DNA of 61,181 nucleotides from Hydrolagus affinis (lineage: Eukaryota): assembly GCA_012026655.1 (NCBI GenBank), contig JAAILG010000222.1, positions 62,001 through 123,181 of the forward strand, in the 5' to 3' direction. Position 1 is the first letter of the stretch. Each line of letters begins with the position of its first letter. Below the pieces are notes generated by a model. The model was given only the letters and a program-made list of their open reading frames with translations. It was not told where the DNA came from and did not search any database. This document shows, one piece after another, positions 39,863 through 51,695 of the stretch. The translations under genes and the position numbers were made by a program.

Positions 39863-39974
39863 TGTGTGATTTGAAACAAGAATAAGATTTATGTCTGCCA
39901 AGCTTTGGAAACCAAACCCATATTTAATTCACTCAGGATGTAACCCTGTCAAAGCATATTCCTATGAACGCATT
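39863..39974 (+). repeat. Direct repeat, copy 1 (copy 2 at 40855-40955)
   Basis: tgtgtgatttgaaacaag...gatttatgtc..ccaagctttggaaacc...taattca.t.aggatgta.cc.tgtcaaagcatattcct.tgaac.catt is present in both copies. Confidence 0.9.
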
Positions 39975-40355
39975 TTATTGGTGTTTGAGTCAAACTCATT
40001 GTGAATACATTTCGCTGTATTTTAAGTATAAACCCTTCATTATTTAATATTTCATTTACATCAAACATTAAATATACAGGTACCCCTCCCCAACCGCGGG
40101 AGATACGTTCCTGTAACCCTCCGTGGTTAGTACAACCGCAGTTGGAAAATGCAGAGCCCTATGGGAAACATAGGGATAGGGGGAGTAAGTTTGCTTGTCC
40201 TTGAACTAAAGACAAACAAATTTATGTTAGTGTATTTATCTAAATCCTAATGATGATGATGATGGGGGAGGTGGTTGTTACATGCTGTTACATGGAAGAG
40301 GGGCCCTGCCACCCTCTTCCTCTGCCTCCTCCAGATCATAAATCACCGACGAGTG

Positions 40356-40497
40356 CGAGGGGGGTGGATGTGGAGAAGGTGGTGTGGTGGGTGACACCGA
40401 GGGGGGTGGATGTGGAGAAGGTGGTGTGGTGGGTGACACCGAGGGGGGTGGATGTGGAGAAGGTGGTGTGATGGGTGACACTGAGGGGGGTGGATGC
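40356..40497 (+). repeat. 42-bp G-rich minisatellite, ~3.4 copies, inside the MITE
   Basis: Unit cgaggggggtggatgtggagaaggtggtgtggtgggtgacac. Confidence 0.95.
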
Positions 40498-40500
40498 GGG

Positions 40501-40618
40501 GAAGCGACATCGTGGCTGGTTGATTGCGACATCGCAACTGGGTCCTAGCGCCAAACGTTAGCGCGAAGCGACATTGTGGCTGATTGATGCAACTGGGTCC
40601 TAGCGCCAAACGCTAGTG
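40501..40618 (+). repeat. Two-copy tandem repeat (~64 and ~54 bp) inside the MITE
   Basis: gaagcgacat.gtggctg.ttgat...gcaactgggtcctagcgccaaacg.tag occurs twice. Confidence 0.9.
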
Positions 40619-40744
40619 TTAGTGTTAAAACCCATGATTACGCAAAATTCACTGCCGCAGTTGGCAAAGGTTGTTGCAGAGAGGCAACCGTGGAAACGTG
40701 AAATTCGCGGTAAAAAAAAACGCGGTTGGGGCGGGGTACCTGTA

Positions 40745-41102
40745 CAAGATAGCGACCAGGGAATCAAAAAGAGAATTTTGGAGATATTATTTCATGCAGA
40801 GGATAGCTAGACTGTGGAACTCACTGCCTGAAATGTTGTTTGAATCTGATTGTATGTGTGATTTGAAACAAGCAAATGATTTATGTCCACCAAGCTTTGG
40901 AAACCTAATTCATTTAGGATGTAGCCTTGTCAAAGCATATTCCTGTGAACACATTGAACAAGAAGCTAGATCTTCACATGAGGGAGAGTGTAATAGAAGA
41001 GTATAGGCAGCAGTAAGAAATGGGTGGAGACTTGTGCAGAGTGTGAACACTGCATGGACTAGGTGGGTTGAATGGCTTGTTTCTGTGGTGCACAATCTAT
41101 AT
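40745..41102 (+). mobile_element. CR1 ORF2 C-terminus + 3' UTR, interrupted by a ~100-bp insertion
   Basis: Peptide YKIATRESKREFWRYYFMQRIARLWNSLPEMLFE matches the CR1 ORF2 end motif (FF.QRV...WN.LP); resumes as gaagctagatcttcacatgagggag...gggttgaatggcttgtttctgtg. Confidence 0.85.
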
Positions 41103-41698
41103 CGATATCTGCACCTTCTGCTTCCCAATCAACCCGGCTGATAGATTGAGTTATTTCACAGACACAGAAGTGCAGCTTCGCTTCATTGATTATATTTAGT
41201 GAACATCTACTTTTAACCATCCTTTAAATTTCTAATTCAGCCTACTCTTCTTGATAGAAATCGTTCAGGATGAGAAAAGAAAATTGCAATTAGCCACCAA
41301 TTGCAATTACCAGAAGTGTGATTGAGATTGCATCGTACGTAATGTATCGTTAAAATATTTCTTAAAGCTTTGGGTTTGTAAGGACACTTATCTTGATGTA
41401 CCCTCTGTGCATCCAATACTATTCAACTTATTTCCCCAAACGTTTTTTATTGTGAACTGTGGATTGAGCCATTCAAATCACCTTGAACCAGGTTTGCATA
41501 ATTTATACATTCTGATTTGAACTCTTGGCTTCACCACAGTTTAGCAACATCATCAGAAAGAAGATGTCATTTTACATTGTGATACTGCAACTTACTGTGA
41601 ATAGGAGCCAATATTTTCAGCCACATTAAATCTTTACGAGATGCTCAAGCAACACATTACTGGGCTCTACTATGCTATTTCAGTTCTCCTCATGGAAT

Positions 41699-41987
41699 TA
41701 ATAATAATAGTAATTGTTACATTTGAAATAGCACTTTTTACATCTTCTAGACATCTCAAAGAGCTTCACAGAATATACTGTAAAGTGAATTGACTGTATA
41801 TTTGTGGGCGAAATGTGGCAGACAATTGTGCACAACAGTGTTTCACAAACAGTCAATTTTGTTTTCTCGTGGGATTATTATTAAGCATGCAGGGTAAGGA
41901 AACTTGCCCAAGGTTTCGCCCTGCCTGGAATCAAACCCAGGTCTCTCACTTGCGAAGCGAGTGCTCTAACCACTCAGCTACAAGAGT
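41699..41987 (-). mobile_element. tRNA-derived SINE, full length with a small internal deletion
   Basis: Minus strand: tgtagctgagtggttagagcactcgcttcgcaagtgagagacctgggtttgattccaggcagggcgaaaccttgggcaag... to tail. Confidence 0.92.
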
Positions 41988-43393
41988 GAAATAGTCACTA
42001 CAGTGACTAACTATTGTTGCATCAATATCCATGTATGGATATGAGATACAGGTGACCAAAATGACTTATTTTTCAGCTACCCTATTATCTAAAAATATAT
42101 ATGCAGTATTAGCATTTCTTACGACTTATTAGCTAGTGGAATGGCATCACTACATTTTGGTTACCCTGTATTATGCAAAGTGCATTTAGACAATTCAGGT
42201 TATTCAACAGGCTACTTTCAGATTATGTCAACTTTCATTAACCAGGACAGTTTAAACAGGTGTAAGAAAACTACCCTCCAGTTTCACTGCAACCAACAGA
42301 ATAATTAGCTGAGCTAGACAGATCTGACAGAATCCAAACCAGATCATTTCAGCTAGTCCAGAAATTCTTTATTGGGATTTGAAAACTAGATTGTCCAGGG
42401 AGATTTATAGTTTTCTAGTTTGCGGTTGTCAGAATAAACCAAGCAAGTGACACGTGTGCTTGAAATTGTTTGAATTTGAGATGTCAGACTTTTGGTTTCC
42501 TGCTTATTCTTCCAGATAGCTGGATGCCAAAACGTGACAGTAACAACAATAAGATGTAATGAGCTGGGCTTGGCTGTATTCATGTTGATACAGAGTTAAC
42601 AGATGATTATAGCTAAAGCAAATTCAGGTTTGAACACAGAAACTATACAATATCAGTCTTAGCTTCCAACTTTCATGTGTTTTTTTTGCAGTTGGTTGCA
42701 ATAGTCCCAAATCACTGGGTGACAGTGGGCAGTGATATAGTTATATCTTTAAAAATGGCTCCTTGCCTTAATGTACTGCCGGAAGTGATCAGGTCATTAA
42801 CACATGAATTACATCAGAAATTCTAACAATAATGATACTGCTATAACAATATCTAGTTAGGCCATACTACATAGGTAATATTGGTCAATGATAAACCCAT
42901 TGGTTTTGCCTTTATCTAACTGACATTACAGTACTTAATTCCTTTTTACAAATCATATAAACCAAATACATTTTGAATATGGGGGGTGGTGAAGTTGCCG
43001 GTGGTCATGAGGGTGTCTTACCATCATCTGCAAGTAATTCAGGTTAGTCCACAAGGGGAACATACATTACATCATTAGGTCTTCATATTAAATGCCCCGC
43101 TTAGTCCATCAAGAGTCGTTTGTAGTGAAATTCTGTGTTTAATGCAGTTTATGCACAGGATATACAAAAGAGTGTCTAATTATTTCTCCAACTGAGCATT
43201 TACACAAAAGTGCGATTTATTGCCTCTGTCGTCCCTAAATATGAGGGTCATCTCTTATGACAATGCAAACATTGAAATACTTTCACTTAGTTCTCAATGA
43301 CAGGTTTAGTGAGATTTTGGGAGTACTATTGGTAACCTAATGTTAAGGCAACTGAATATCTAGGTTTTTTTTATAAGAGCACCTGCAAAATAC

Positions 43394-43541
43394 TAACAAT
43401 CAACAACAACTAGCACTGATATCCCTCCACGCTGGATAGTGTCTCAGAGCACTTAACAGTGGCGGATCCTGTCTCCGGGCTGGGGCTTTGGAGGTAGATG
43501 GCTATAAGCACAGACAAAGAAGAAGGTTTTCAGGTGGGACT
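43394..43541 (-). mobile_element. L2-type 3' end, second subfamily
   Basis: (caa)n...ccctccacgctggatagtgtctcagagcacttaacag...aaagaagaaggttttcagg; similar to 58161 and 25031. Confidence 0.6.
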
Positions 43542-43845
43542 GCCCCTGTCTTCCCCAGCCCCACCACCCGACCATCTTCCCATCACAGCATCAAGTTTTT
43601 TTTAAAAATACGTCCAGTGTCCTGGGCTGAACCGCCCTTCCTGACAATCTATGCCTGTCATTAATCAACTTCTAGGAATAGAAACACATCCTGGTGTCTG
43701 TCCTGAAATTGCCTTCTGCATTTCTGTACTGTATATCCTTTTATTCTATTGTCTTAGCCTGTCTTATTATTATTAGCACATCCTGAAGTATTATCCTAAA
43801 GTTTATTTCCACTTACTACACTGTTGTATGTGTGAGGTACATGGT

Positions 43846-44182
43846 TTCACCGCCCTAACCGCGTCCACCGCCCTAACTGCCCAACCATCGGCAGCCGGGC
43901 TTTCAGCTTCTCTGCTCACACTGTGGAATTCCATCCCGCAGCCCCTTCGCCTTGCTTCCTCCCTTTCTTCCTTCAAGGCCGGCCTCAAGACCTTCCTCTT
44001 CGACCGCCCCACTAACTCTTCCCCCTCTCCCACTCTCCTTCGAAGCCCCCCCACACCTTCCCCCTTCCCCCCCCCCACTCCCACCCCCACCCTCGCTCGG
44101 GTCCCGACCAGACTGTTCAGCGCTTTGGGACGTCCTCCCAACGTGAAAGGCGCTATGTAAGTGCAATTTTGTTGTTGTTGTT
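43846..44182 (+). mobile_element. L2 LINE 3' end (ORF2 C-terminus, C-rich UTR, stem-loop, (TTG)n tail)
   Basis: TIGSRAFSFSA / TLWNSIPQPLRLASSLSSFKAGLKTFLFDR matches the L2 ORF2 end motif; ends cagcgctttgggacgtcctcccaacgtgaaaggcgctatgtaagtgcaattttgttgttgttg. Confidence 0.92.
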
Positions 44183-45656
44183 CCAGTCAGGATTGTGCTG
44201 TCTGAGGTCCTGTTACCCTGCAGCTGTGAGTTGCTGACGGACGTACTGCATAAATGTAGTGAAATGAACAGAGAAAGAGGAAAGCCATGAAGACAATTTG
44301 CAGGATAACAAATCCTAATAAGCTATAGTAGCTGTCCATTGAGAATTATTAGATCTAATGATTTTTGGTATTAAATTCACTTTGCATTTTAAAATCTTAC
44401 TGCATGAAAAATGAAATTTCATTCATTTATAAAATATGTTCCTCCAACTGACTACACTCAACCCTTGACTGAATTGAAATTCATTTTTCACCTCTCTATA
44501 TAGAATAATCATTATGTAAGATCATTGGTGTGACTTTTTTTAAACCTGAAAACTTTCCAGAGAATATAAATAACTTCTGAGCTCTCTTTGTTTAAAAGCC
44601 TTGAAGAGGCAATGCCAATATATATGTGCAGGTACACAACAATACAAAATTAATATCAACTGTATTAGCTAAGCACTACTGCATGTACTAGGTTGTACTT
44701 TAAGGCTATAAAATATAACAAATTAGTAAACACAATAAAGGTTCTGAGAATATTTTATTTGTGTATGTTCACCAGAATTTGTCTTCCATGCTATGTTCCA
44801 AGTGATCTTGCGTGGATTTCTGATGCACAATGGCGGATACCAATAGGTATATAAAAAAATATCTTGTGGAGCATTTTCACAGTAGCAACATAGACATAGA
44901 AATTAAGCCTGCTTGCCAAAATAATTAGTATGGATTAATTTATTTGGATATTCTGCTGCTGCATTGTAAATCCTGCAGTGTACTAAAACTGTTTATGTGT
45001 GTTGATGTACATTGTGCTGACAACCAAATGTCCACAGAACACTGGAGAGAATGATGCTTGTGGACATCACATCAGTAATTTGTGGAAATTATTACGTTAA
45101 CATTACAGCGATGGCCCCTGTATTGCTACTAAACAGCACATTATGATTTATTGTTACTGAGTACGGGTTATAAAATAAAGCTTCATATTGTTCTGTACAT
45201 TTGGTGAATCTTTGTGGAAGCTGAGAAAAGCCACAGACTTCAAGTGAACAACTTTTGGGACGACAGAAGGGTGTATAAAGTATAGAAGTCAGGGTGGAAG
45301 TTTTAGATTTCTAGCTCCTGATTTTGTCTCGTCCATGTCTACCTTTCCATCATTTCACAATTGTCTACCGTTCATTATTTTATTGTATCACTCAGCAACG
45401 TAAGGGAAAAACTAACAAGACACCAGCAATTTAATCCATGTACTGTATAAGGTAAGTGTACCTTAACTAGAATTGGCACAATTGCCAATATTAAAAAGAA
45501 TTCAAATTCCACTGTACTGAGCTTGGATTGCAGGGCAGATATTTTAGCAGCAGCTGCGAGGGTGAGAGATTTTTGGAGAGGAAAGTCGCACCTGGCTAGA
45601 GCCAATTTGCTGCCATCAACACTGCTGGCTGCAGGCAGCAAATTGATGGCATCACA

Positions 45657-45671
45657 TTGGCATTCCGCCAA
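45657..45671. promoter_or_regulatory. Perfect NFI consensus site TTGGC-N5-GCCAA within a palindrome cluster
   Basis: ttggcattccgccaa; function not shown. Confidence 0.35.
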
Positions 45672-47067
45672 TGTGGCTTTCCTTTCCGCTGCAGGCATCA
45701 GGTCAGGTGGACAAGTAAAAGTGAATACAAACAGGAGCAAAATGAGGGGAACCCGCTTGTACACAGTCATAAAAGTCAACTTTTTTTAAAAAATGCCTTG
45801 TCTCCATGTTTTATCAGATTGTTATGTCCCTTGTCAACAGAAAACACTGCCCTTTGCTCCCTGCCTTTGACAGTAAGGTTAGGAACGGAACTCCCTCTGT
45901 GGGAATGGTAACTGTGGGCCTATGTTCTCACACTCTGTTAGACAACACACTGAAATACTTACTTGCCAAACTGACGTACCATCCTTTTCCTGTTTGTTAA
46001 CTTTGAATGTAACAAAATCTTTTTTTTTAAATCTCCCAACACATTTCTTATCATTACAGCTTTCTGCTGTCAAAGCAACATTTATCAGGGGAAAAAAAGA
46101 ACAACAAAGCGAGGATGAAAGACTAGTCCTGACCAGATGCACTTTATTGCAAAGGAATATATGCAGCTCTCACTGGTGCTGACAGTTTTAAAATTCAGCC
46201 CCAGTAGTTGTGTGAAGTGGGAGCTGTGTGTTCTGAATAATGTACTCCATTCTGAGATTCCTCTGTTTGTGTTTGTAAGAATTAATAATGGATGCACTGT
46301 GTCTGTATCTGTCTGAAAAACACTGCAGCTTTATTACAAAATCAACCTGTCCTCGAGACGGGGGAGGAATCTGCAGTTCTTATAATTTCAATTAGACATT
46401 TTGAACTTAGTGCTTGACTTTTCATCTTAACCCTCATCCCCTTCTCAGGAGGAACTCTGGAAATGATTCGGTTCCACTCACTGAATATAGCTAATTCATC
46501 AATATGCCCTGGGCTAATTTGCTCTAATCATCCAGTTTTAGTGAATTTTTCACTGCATGCCCACAATTGTTGGTGTACCATGTATTAAAACTAAGGCAAA
46601 CGTTGGCAAATTTCCTACCTAGCAAATAAATTGAGTGGAATAATAAGCTGTTTGTTTGCCACTGAAAAGAAAGAAAATGGTTTTAATTAATTACAGGGAG
46701 TCATGTATGATTCTGAGCTCTTAATTCATACTATACTAATACTATACTAATCCGCATTGATCTAAAGATGTTGCAGTATTGTATTACCTTGTGTTCTTGA
46801 GTTGATATGGAAGCCCGCATGAGAAACAAAAATGCAGCATTTCGAAGAATGTCTCGATGGGAGAATTACCTGCTGGAAATGAATGATGTAAATACCAAAT
46901 ATGTTTTTAAAAATTGACAGACCCTCATTAACAAAAAGCACTTTGAAGTGCTAAAGAGAATATAAAAGCAGCATGCTTAACTAATCTTCTGCAGTCAATT
47001 TTTAAATCGTTTTCCTATCAGGTATTGTTTTATGCTTTGCCTACTGAAGAATTTCAGTGTGTACATA

Positions 47068-47403
47068 GAGCTCCTGTGGCTTAGCGGTTAGAGCACTTGT
47101 CTTGCAAGCTGAGGAGATCAAGCTGGGGAGACCTGTTCATATCCAGGAGGCAGGTCAGGGCAAAATCTTGGGCAAGTTTCCTTACTTCACACGCCTAATA
47201 ATAATCCGTCCAAAAAAACCACAATAATAAAATTGGTCATTTCAATCCCCGACTGTTTGTGGGATACTGCTGTGCGCAATTGGCTGCCACAATTCGCCCA
47301 CAAATATACACAGTCAATTCACTTTACAGTATATTCTGTGAAGCGCTTTGGGCCATTGATAAGATGTGAAAAGCGCGATATCAAATGCAAGGATTATTAT
47401 TAT
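47068..47403 (+). mobile_element. tRNA-derived SINE, full length, with duplications in the head
   Basis: A box tggcttagcggttagagc; duplicated caagctgaggagat/caagctggggagac; body and tail as in the family. Confidence 0.92.
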
Positions 47404-47784
47404 CAACTCTTTGTGAAGAATTCCGTAGCAGACTCTGGGATTCAGACTGGATTTCAGCTTCGGGGAAACCCAATCTTTTCGGCACAGCAGAAAGGATTCT
47501 CACCAGGATGTACATCACGTTGGAAAAACAGATGGCAAACTGACCTCACAATATTAGAAAGCTTTCTGCAATGAACTTGTGTCCCGACAACTGTCTTGCC
47601 CCTGACAGATTGCACTGAGCTCCCACACCGACTTGCTGTGTGACTATGGTAGGGAAGATGAAGAGACAGCACCTGAGCACTACAGCTACACCTGTTCAAT
47701 ACTTGTGTTGGCCAGTAGAGATTGCCGTCAAATAATATTGCCTTCCACAACTCCAGTTATCTTTTGTTTCTCGTGTACTAGAGT

Positions 47785-47894
47785 AAGTAATCATTGCATT
47801 TGATATAGTGACTTATTCGGTCTTCAGAACATCACAAAGCCCTTCACAGAATATACTGTAAAGCGAATAGACTGTGTATTCTGTGAGCGAAATG
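47785..47894 (-). mobile_element. SINE 3' fragment
   Basis: ttgcatttgatatag...caaagcccttcacagaatatactgtaaagcgaatagactgtgtatt. Confidence 0.85.
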
Positions 47895-48644
47895 TACTTC
47901 TACATACAAGAGCAAAATAATTATTCCCAACATTTATTACCGTTGATAAGTTGCTCACATGTTTCTTCAACAAGGGCATTCACGTAAAAGCAAAACAAAT
48001 AAAGTGCAGTAACCGGACGCCTGGACAAACTGATCTATTCTTAGTTTAAGAGATTAAGCATGTGATTTATTGTTTTGCTTGACAAAGCTTGTGCAATCAA
48101 GAATTGCCTTTGATATCCCACGCATTGAGAATGAGCTAGTTCAATTAACAAATAAATGTGATTTGCAACATTACCCCTACTGGACAATGAACCAAGAAAT
48201 AAAAATCCTCTTTCTACAATGTTTTGTGACAATAACAGAGGGGACATCGGCAGCTAACCCCATCTAATTTCCTTTAGGTAAAATGTTAAGCAAATACTCA
48301 TTACCTTTAGTGGTTTTAGCTGAAGCATTAAATAAGTGCTATAAATAGTGTGCTTCTTGGCTGTAACCAATGACTTTCATGACTTCGATTTCCACTTGTG
48401 ACGCTCACTGTAAGTCACAAGAGTGCCTTTTACCCTCAGGAATTATTCAGTTTTTCACTCATGGAATTAGAAAGCATAATAAACTGACAGGTATGAGGCA
48501 TTGCCTGTGCCACGTAATTCCATTTCTGTTCTTGTCGTGTTCTACAATGGGGTGACAGCAATAACCTCTTACTGTTTGTCAGTGTAAGTTCAACTGTTAT
48601 CCATCTATTTTATTATTTTATTCAGACTGCAGCACAATTAGTTA

Positions 48645-48665
48645 TGTGTGTGTGTGTGTGTGTGT
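48645..48665. repeat. (TG)n microsatellite
   Basis: Read directly from the sequence. Confidence 0.9.
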
Positions 48666-51585
48666 ATGGGGGAGGTGGGAACCCATATGGATTGAAACAC
48701 AAGCCCTGAATTACTTTAAGTGGATTACATTTATTTTTTAATCCAGAAGAATGAAGATTTAACTATTTCTCAGTAAATTGAGCATGAACTTTACATTACT
48801 ATAAGTACTACCATGCATTTAGTACTGTGTTGTGAAACCTGTCTATATTTCAATGGAAATCCCTGTTTATTGGAGTGCAGGAATCCACCTGTAATCATCG
48901 CAAACAACAGAAACTGTTTTCAAAACTTATCAAAACTGATTTAATTACTGAGACTTCAGAGACCACGAAGGTGATGCTGAATTACTCTTTTTAATGAAAG
49001 TGGGGAGGAGATACTTTTTGAGTTTTTAAGACACTTTTAATTCTGTAGTGAATTAGTTTATTACATTTAAGTATGATTGTTCTGTTGCTTGACATTAGTT
49101 AAACCTTTCATCTGGAAAAGCATCCATCTTGCACTGACTTGTTCAGCATACCCTGTAGCAGTACTGCTCTCTCATTGCGTGAAAGGTACCTTTGGGCATT
49201 ACAGGACATCTTATTGTATATGTCATCTAAATTATCACGTATTCAAAAACAATGAATAGGAAGCATAAGTCTATTGCTGAGAAGACTAATATTTAAAGAG
49301 TACTCTGATTCCATAAAATATATAATATTGTATTTCCTTATCTTCCAAAATAAAAAAAAGATTTGTCAAATAGTAATCTCTCTTTAACATCAGATATCAA
49401 AATGAGACAGAGGAACCTCATTACTTGCAGGTCTTATTGGCTTTAAATAGGGCATTGGAAATTTATTACAGCATTGGTTTACTTTCAGCCTATATTTTCA
49501 TCATTCCAAATACAATGGGCTTCTGCAATGGCTAAATCTATATATATTTAATCTTGTGTAGTGCTCCACATTTTTGTATTGGGGGATGGTGGGGGGGGAA
49601 GAATACTTCCTAGAGGGACTTACAATTTTAATAAATGACAATAGTTGTGTTATATTCCAGTTTTTGATTCCTGTGCCCTATGGCACTGCACACCAGCCTT
49701 TGAAAGCTTCCAATATGAACTGCGGGAGGAATGAGACAGGTTATTTGATTGGTAACTCTACCTGAAAGACTTCAAAACATAACTCTTCTTCTGTACCCTG
49801 TAATTGTAAATAGAACTTATTGATTTTCTTTTGGTCAGCCGGGTATCTGACACGTATGTAAACACATCGTCTTGCTTAACAGTAGCCAAACCAGACTGAA
49901 TGTTTCCTGCTTACCTAAATTCAGAGAGTATTAGGCAGGGAGTATTAGGAGAGATTGGCAGGAACAAAGGGTTTTGGTAATAAAATATGTGTTGGGGTGC
50001 TGCTGGAATATAAACAGCTGAAATCTCAAAGTTTGCTGTTGAGAACAGTGACTAACATTCTTCCTGCTGCTCATCCAACTGCAACCAACCTACCCGTTAG
50101 GGCTTTAGCTTACAAGGTTAAAAGGGATATTGATGAAGTGATTAAACTGAACATACACTTACTGAAATAGCACCTAACAACTCTTAAGTGCTTGCTTGCA
50201 GTCAAATTGTTCCAAGCTATTTTAAAGATTGCTTTCCTGTATTTCCTCTTAAGTAGTCAGGGGAGGTTTGTGCTTTGCATTAAGGTTCCCTACACTAAAC
50301 ATTCAAAATACCCGAAAAAATCAGGAAACTGTGCGAGGTTGAGTTTTCTTTCAGTCTGGAAATATTTCTTCATTTTCCTTCATTTTAATCCAGTACATCA
50401 TTTTAGAATATAAATCAAATTAGTGTAAAGGAAGTTTTTTTTTCACATAAATGCTCTTTTTTAATTAAGGAGTTGCAGATGTTTGACCTCTACTTGTTTT
50501 TTGCAAATAGTATATGTTGTCCTGAAAGCATCCTACTCAATGAATCCATCACACATATATTTATATATAAATATACATATAGTTATATATATATATGGAT
50601 AAATGTGATTAGCATTCATCAGGGCAGTTTTCGAGACAAACCTTGGGATATTTAAGAGTAAGACTAATCTTAATACAGTACATTCACTTCCTGTACAAAC
50701 CCTCTGATCCTGCCTCCAACCTAGTATTAAAAACAAAGAAAGCTGTTTAGCATTTCTAATTTGATAGATTTTATGTGATGTAGAGACATAGATACACACG
50801 GCTAAAGAAAATTATTGCCTGCTCAAATCCCTTGATATTGTTTTCATACAACTTTGTTACATTCAGTTGAGGCAGGTAGAGGAGGACAGAAAATAATATC
50901 GATTAATTTTATTCTTGGCTCCACCTTCTAAGGTTGATTCCTGTGAAACCTTTCTTCAAAGCTGCATATTTCATCAAGGGGTTGGGAATGACCATGACTG
51001 ATTCCTCAACATTATGAGGCTTTCAATAAGTTTGAATGGTTACAAAAGGTGATTGATGGGTTATAGGAGTGGATTCCCCATTTTGGCTATTTGAACAATA
51101 AATTAAAAGAAAGGCAGAAATATCTGCCAGCAGAGCGCAAGTGAATGCTCCAATACCTAACACAGTTCTGCTGCCATATGATAACCAGGACAGACTTCGA
51201 ACACAACAACTTCAAATAACCATCGGATGGCCAAATGAGGTGGGGGAAATAAAGCAAAACAATTGAAATGCATTATAGGATCTAAGGTTGCTCGGCAACT
51301 TTCTCTGCCAAACTTATTTCAAAAGGCCATGGGTGTGGAAAAACAAACCTGCAGCGATCAGCAACTAGCAGCCATGAGCCAGGGCAAAACCTGGACCATT
51401 GTTATAATCCCAGCTGAGAAAAGGGGGATAAAAGGAGTATCCAGGCAGCGACAGGAATGCGTACAGCCGGGTGATGAGAGAATATATGAGCCAATAGCCA
51501 TCAGAGTGAGGTTCAGGTAGAGTTGGCAACAGCTGAATTGAAGAAGGGTAGGGGATGAGGTAGATTGACATCTTGGCAGTGATGT

Positions 51586-51695
51586 TAATAATAAATAATT
51601 ATCCTTGCATTTGATACAGAGCTTTTCACATCTTCTAGATTTCTCAAAGCGCTTCACAGAATATACTGTAAAATGAAGCGACTGTGTATTTGTGG
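51586..51695 (-). mobile_element. SINE 3' fragment
   Basis: atccttgcatttgatacagagcttttcacatcttctagatttctcaaagcgcttcacagaatatactgtaa. Confidence 0.9.

Larger units (their letters stand above)
40077..40742. mobile_element. Non-autonomous Tc1/mariner-superfamily (Tigger/pogo-like) MITE, 666 bp
   Basis: 22-bp TIRs: caggtacccctccccaaccgcg (40077-40098) and cgcggttggggcggggtacctg (40721-40742), one mismatch; TA on both sides (40075-76, 40743-44); left end ccgcgggagatacgttcc resembles recalled Tigger-type ends; CpG-rich relative to flanks. Confidence 0.92.

Noticed and set aside
40356-40618. Regular repeats resembling a CRISPR array, and Pro/His-rich ORFs
   Set aside because: Head-to-tail tandem units with no unique spacers, no cas genes and a eukaryotic context; the ORFs are translations of the minisatellite
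39863-40955. Direct repeats read as LTRs or a large TSD around the MITE
   Set aside because: They do not abut the TIRs, have no PBS or PPT, and copy 2 lies inside a CR1; the MITE has its own TA duplication
43803-44166. Several overlapping Gly/Pro-rich ORFs
   Set aside because: Alternative-frame translations of the L2 3' end and its C-rich UTR
45375-46297. Cluster of 64-134 aa ORFs on both strands
   Set aside because: No domain similarity; explained by locally higher GC content and palindromic sequence
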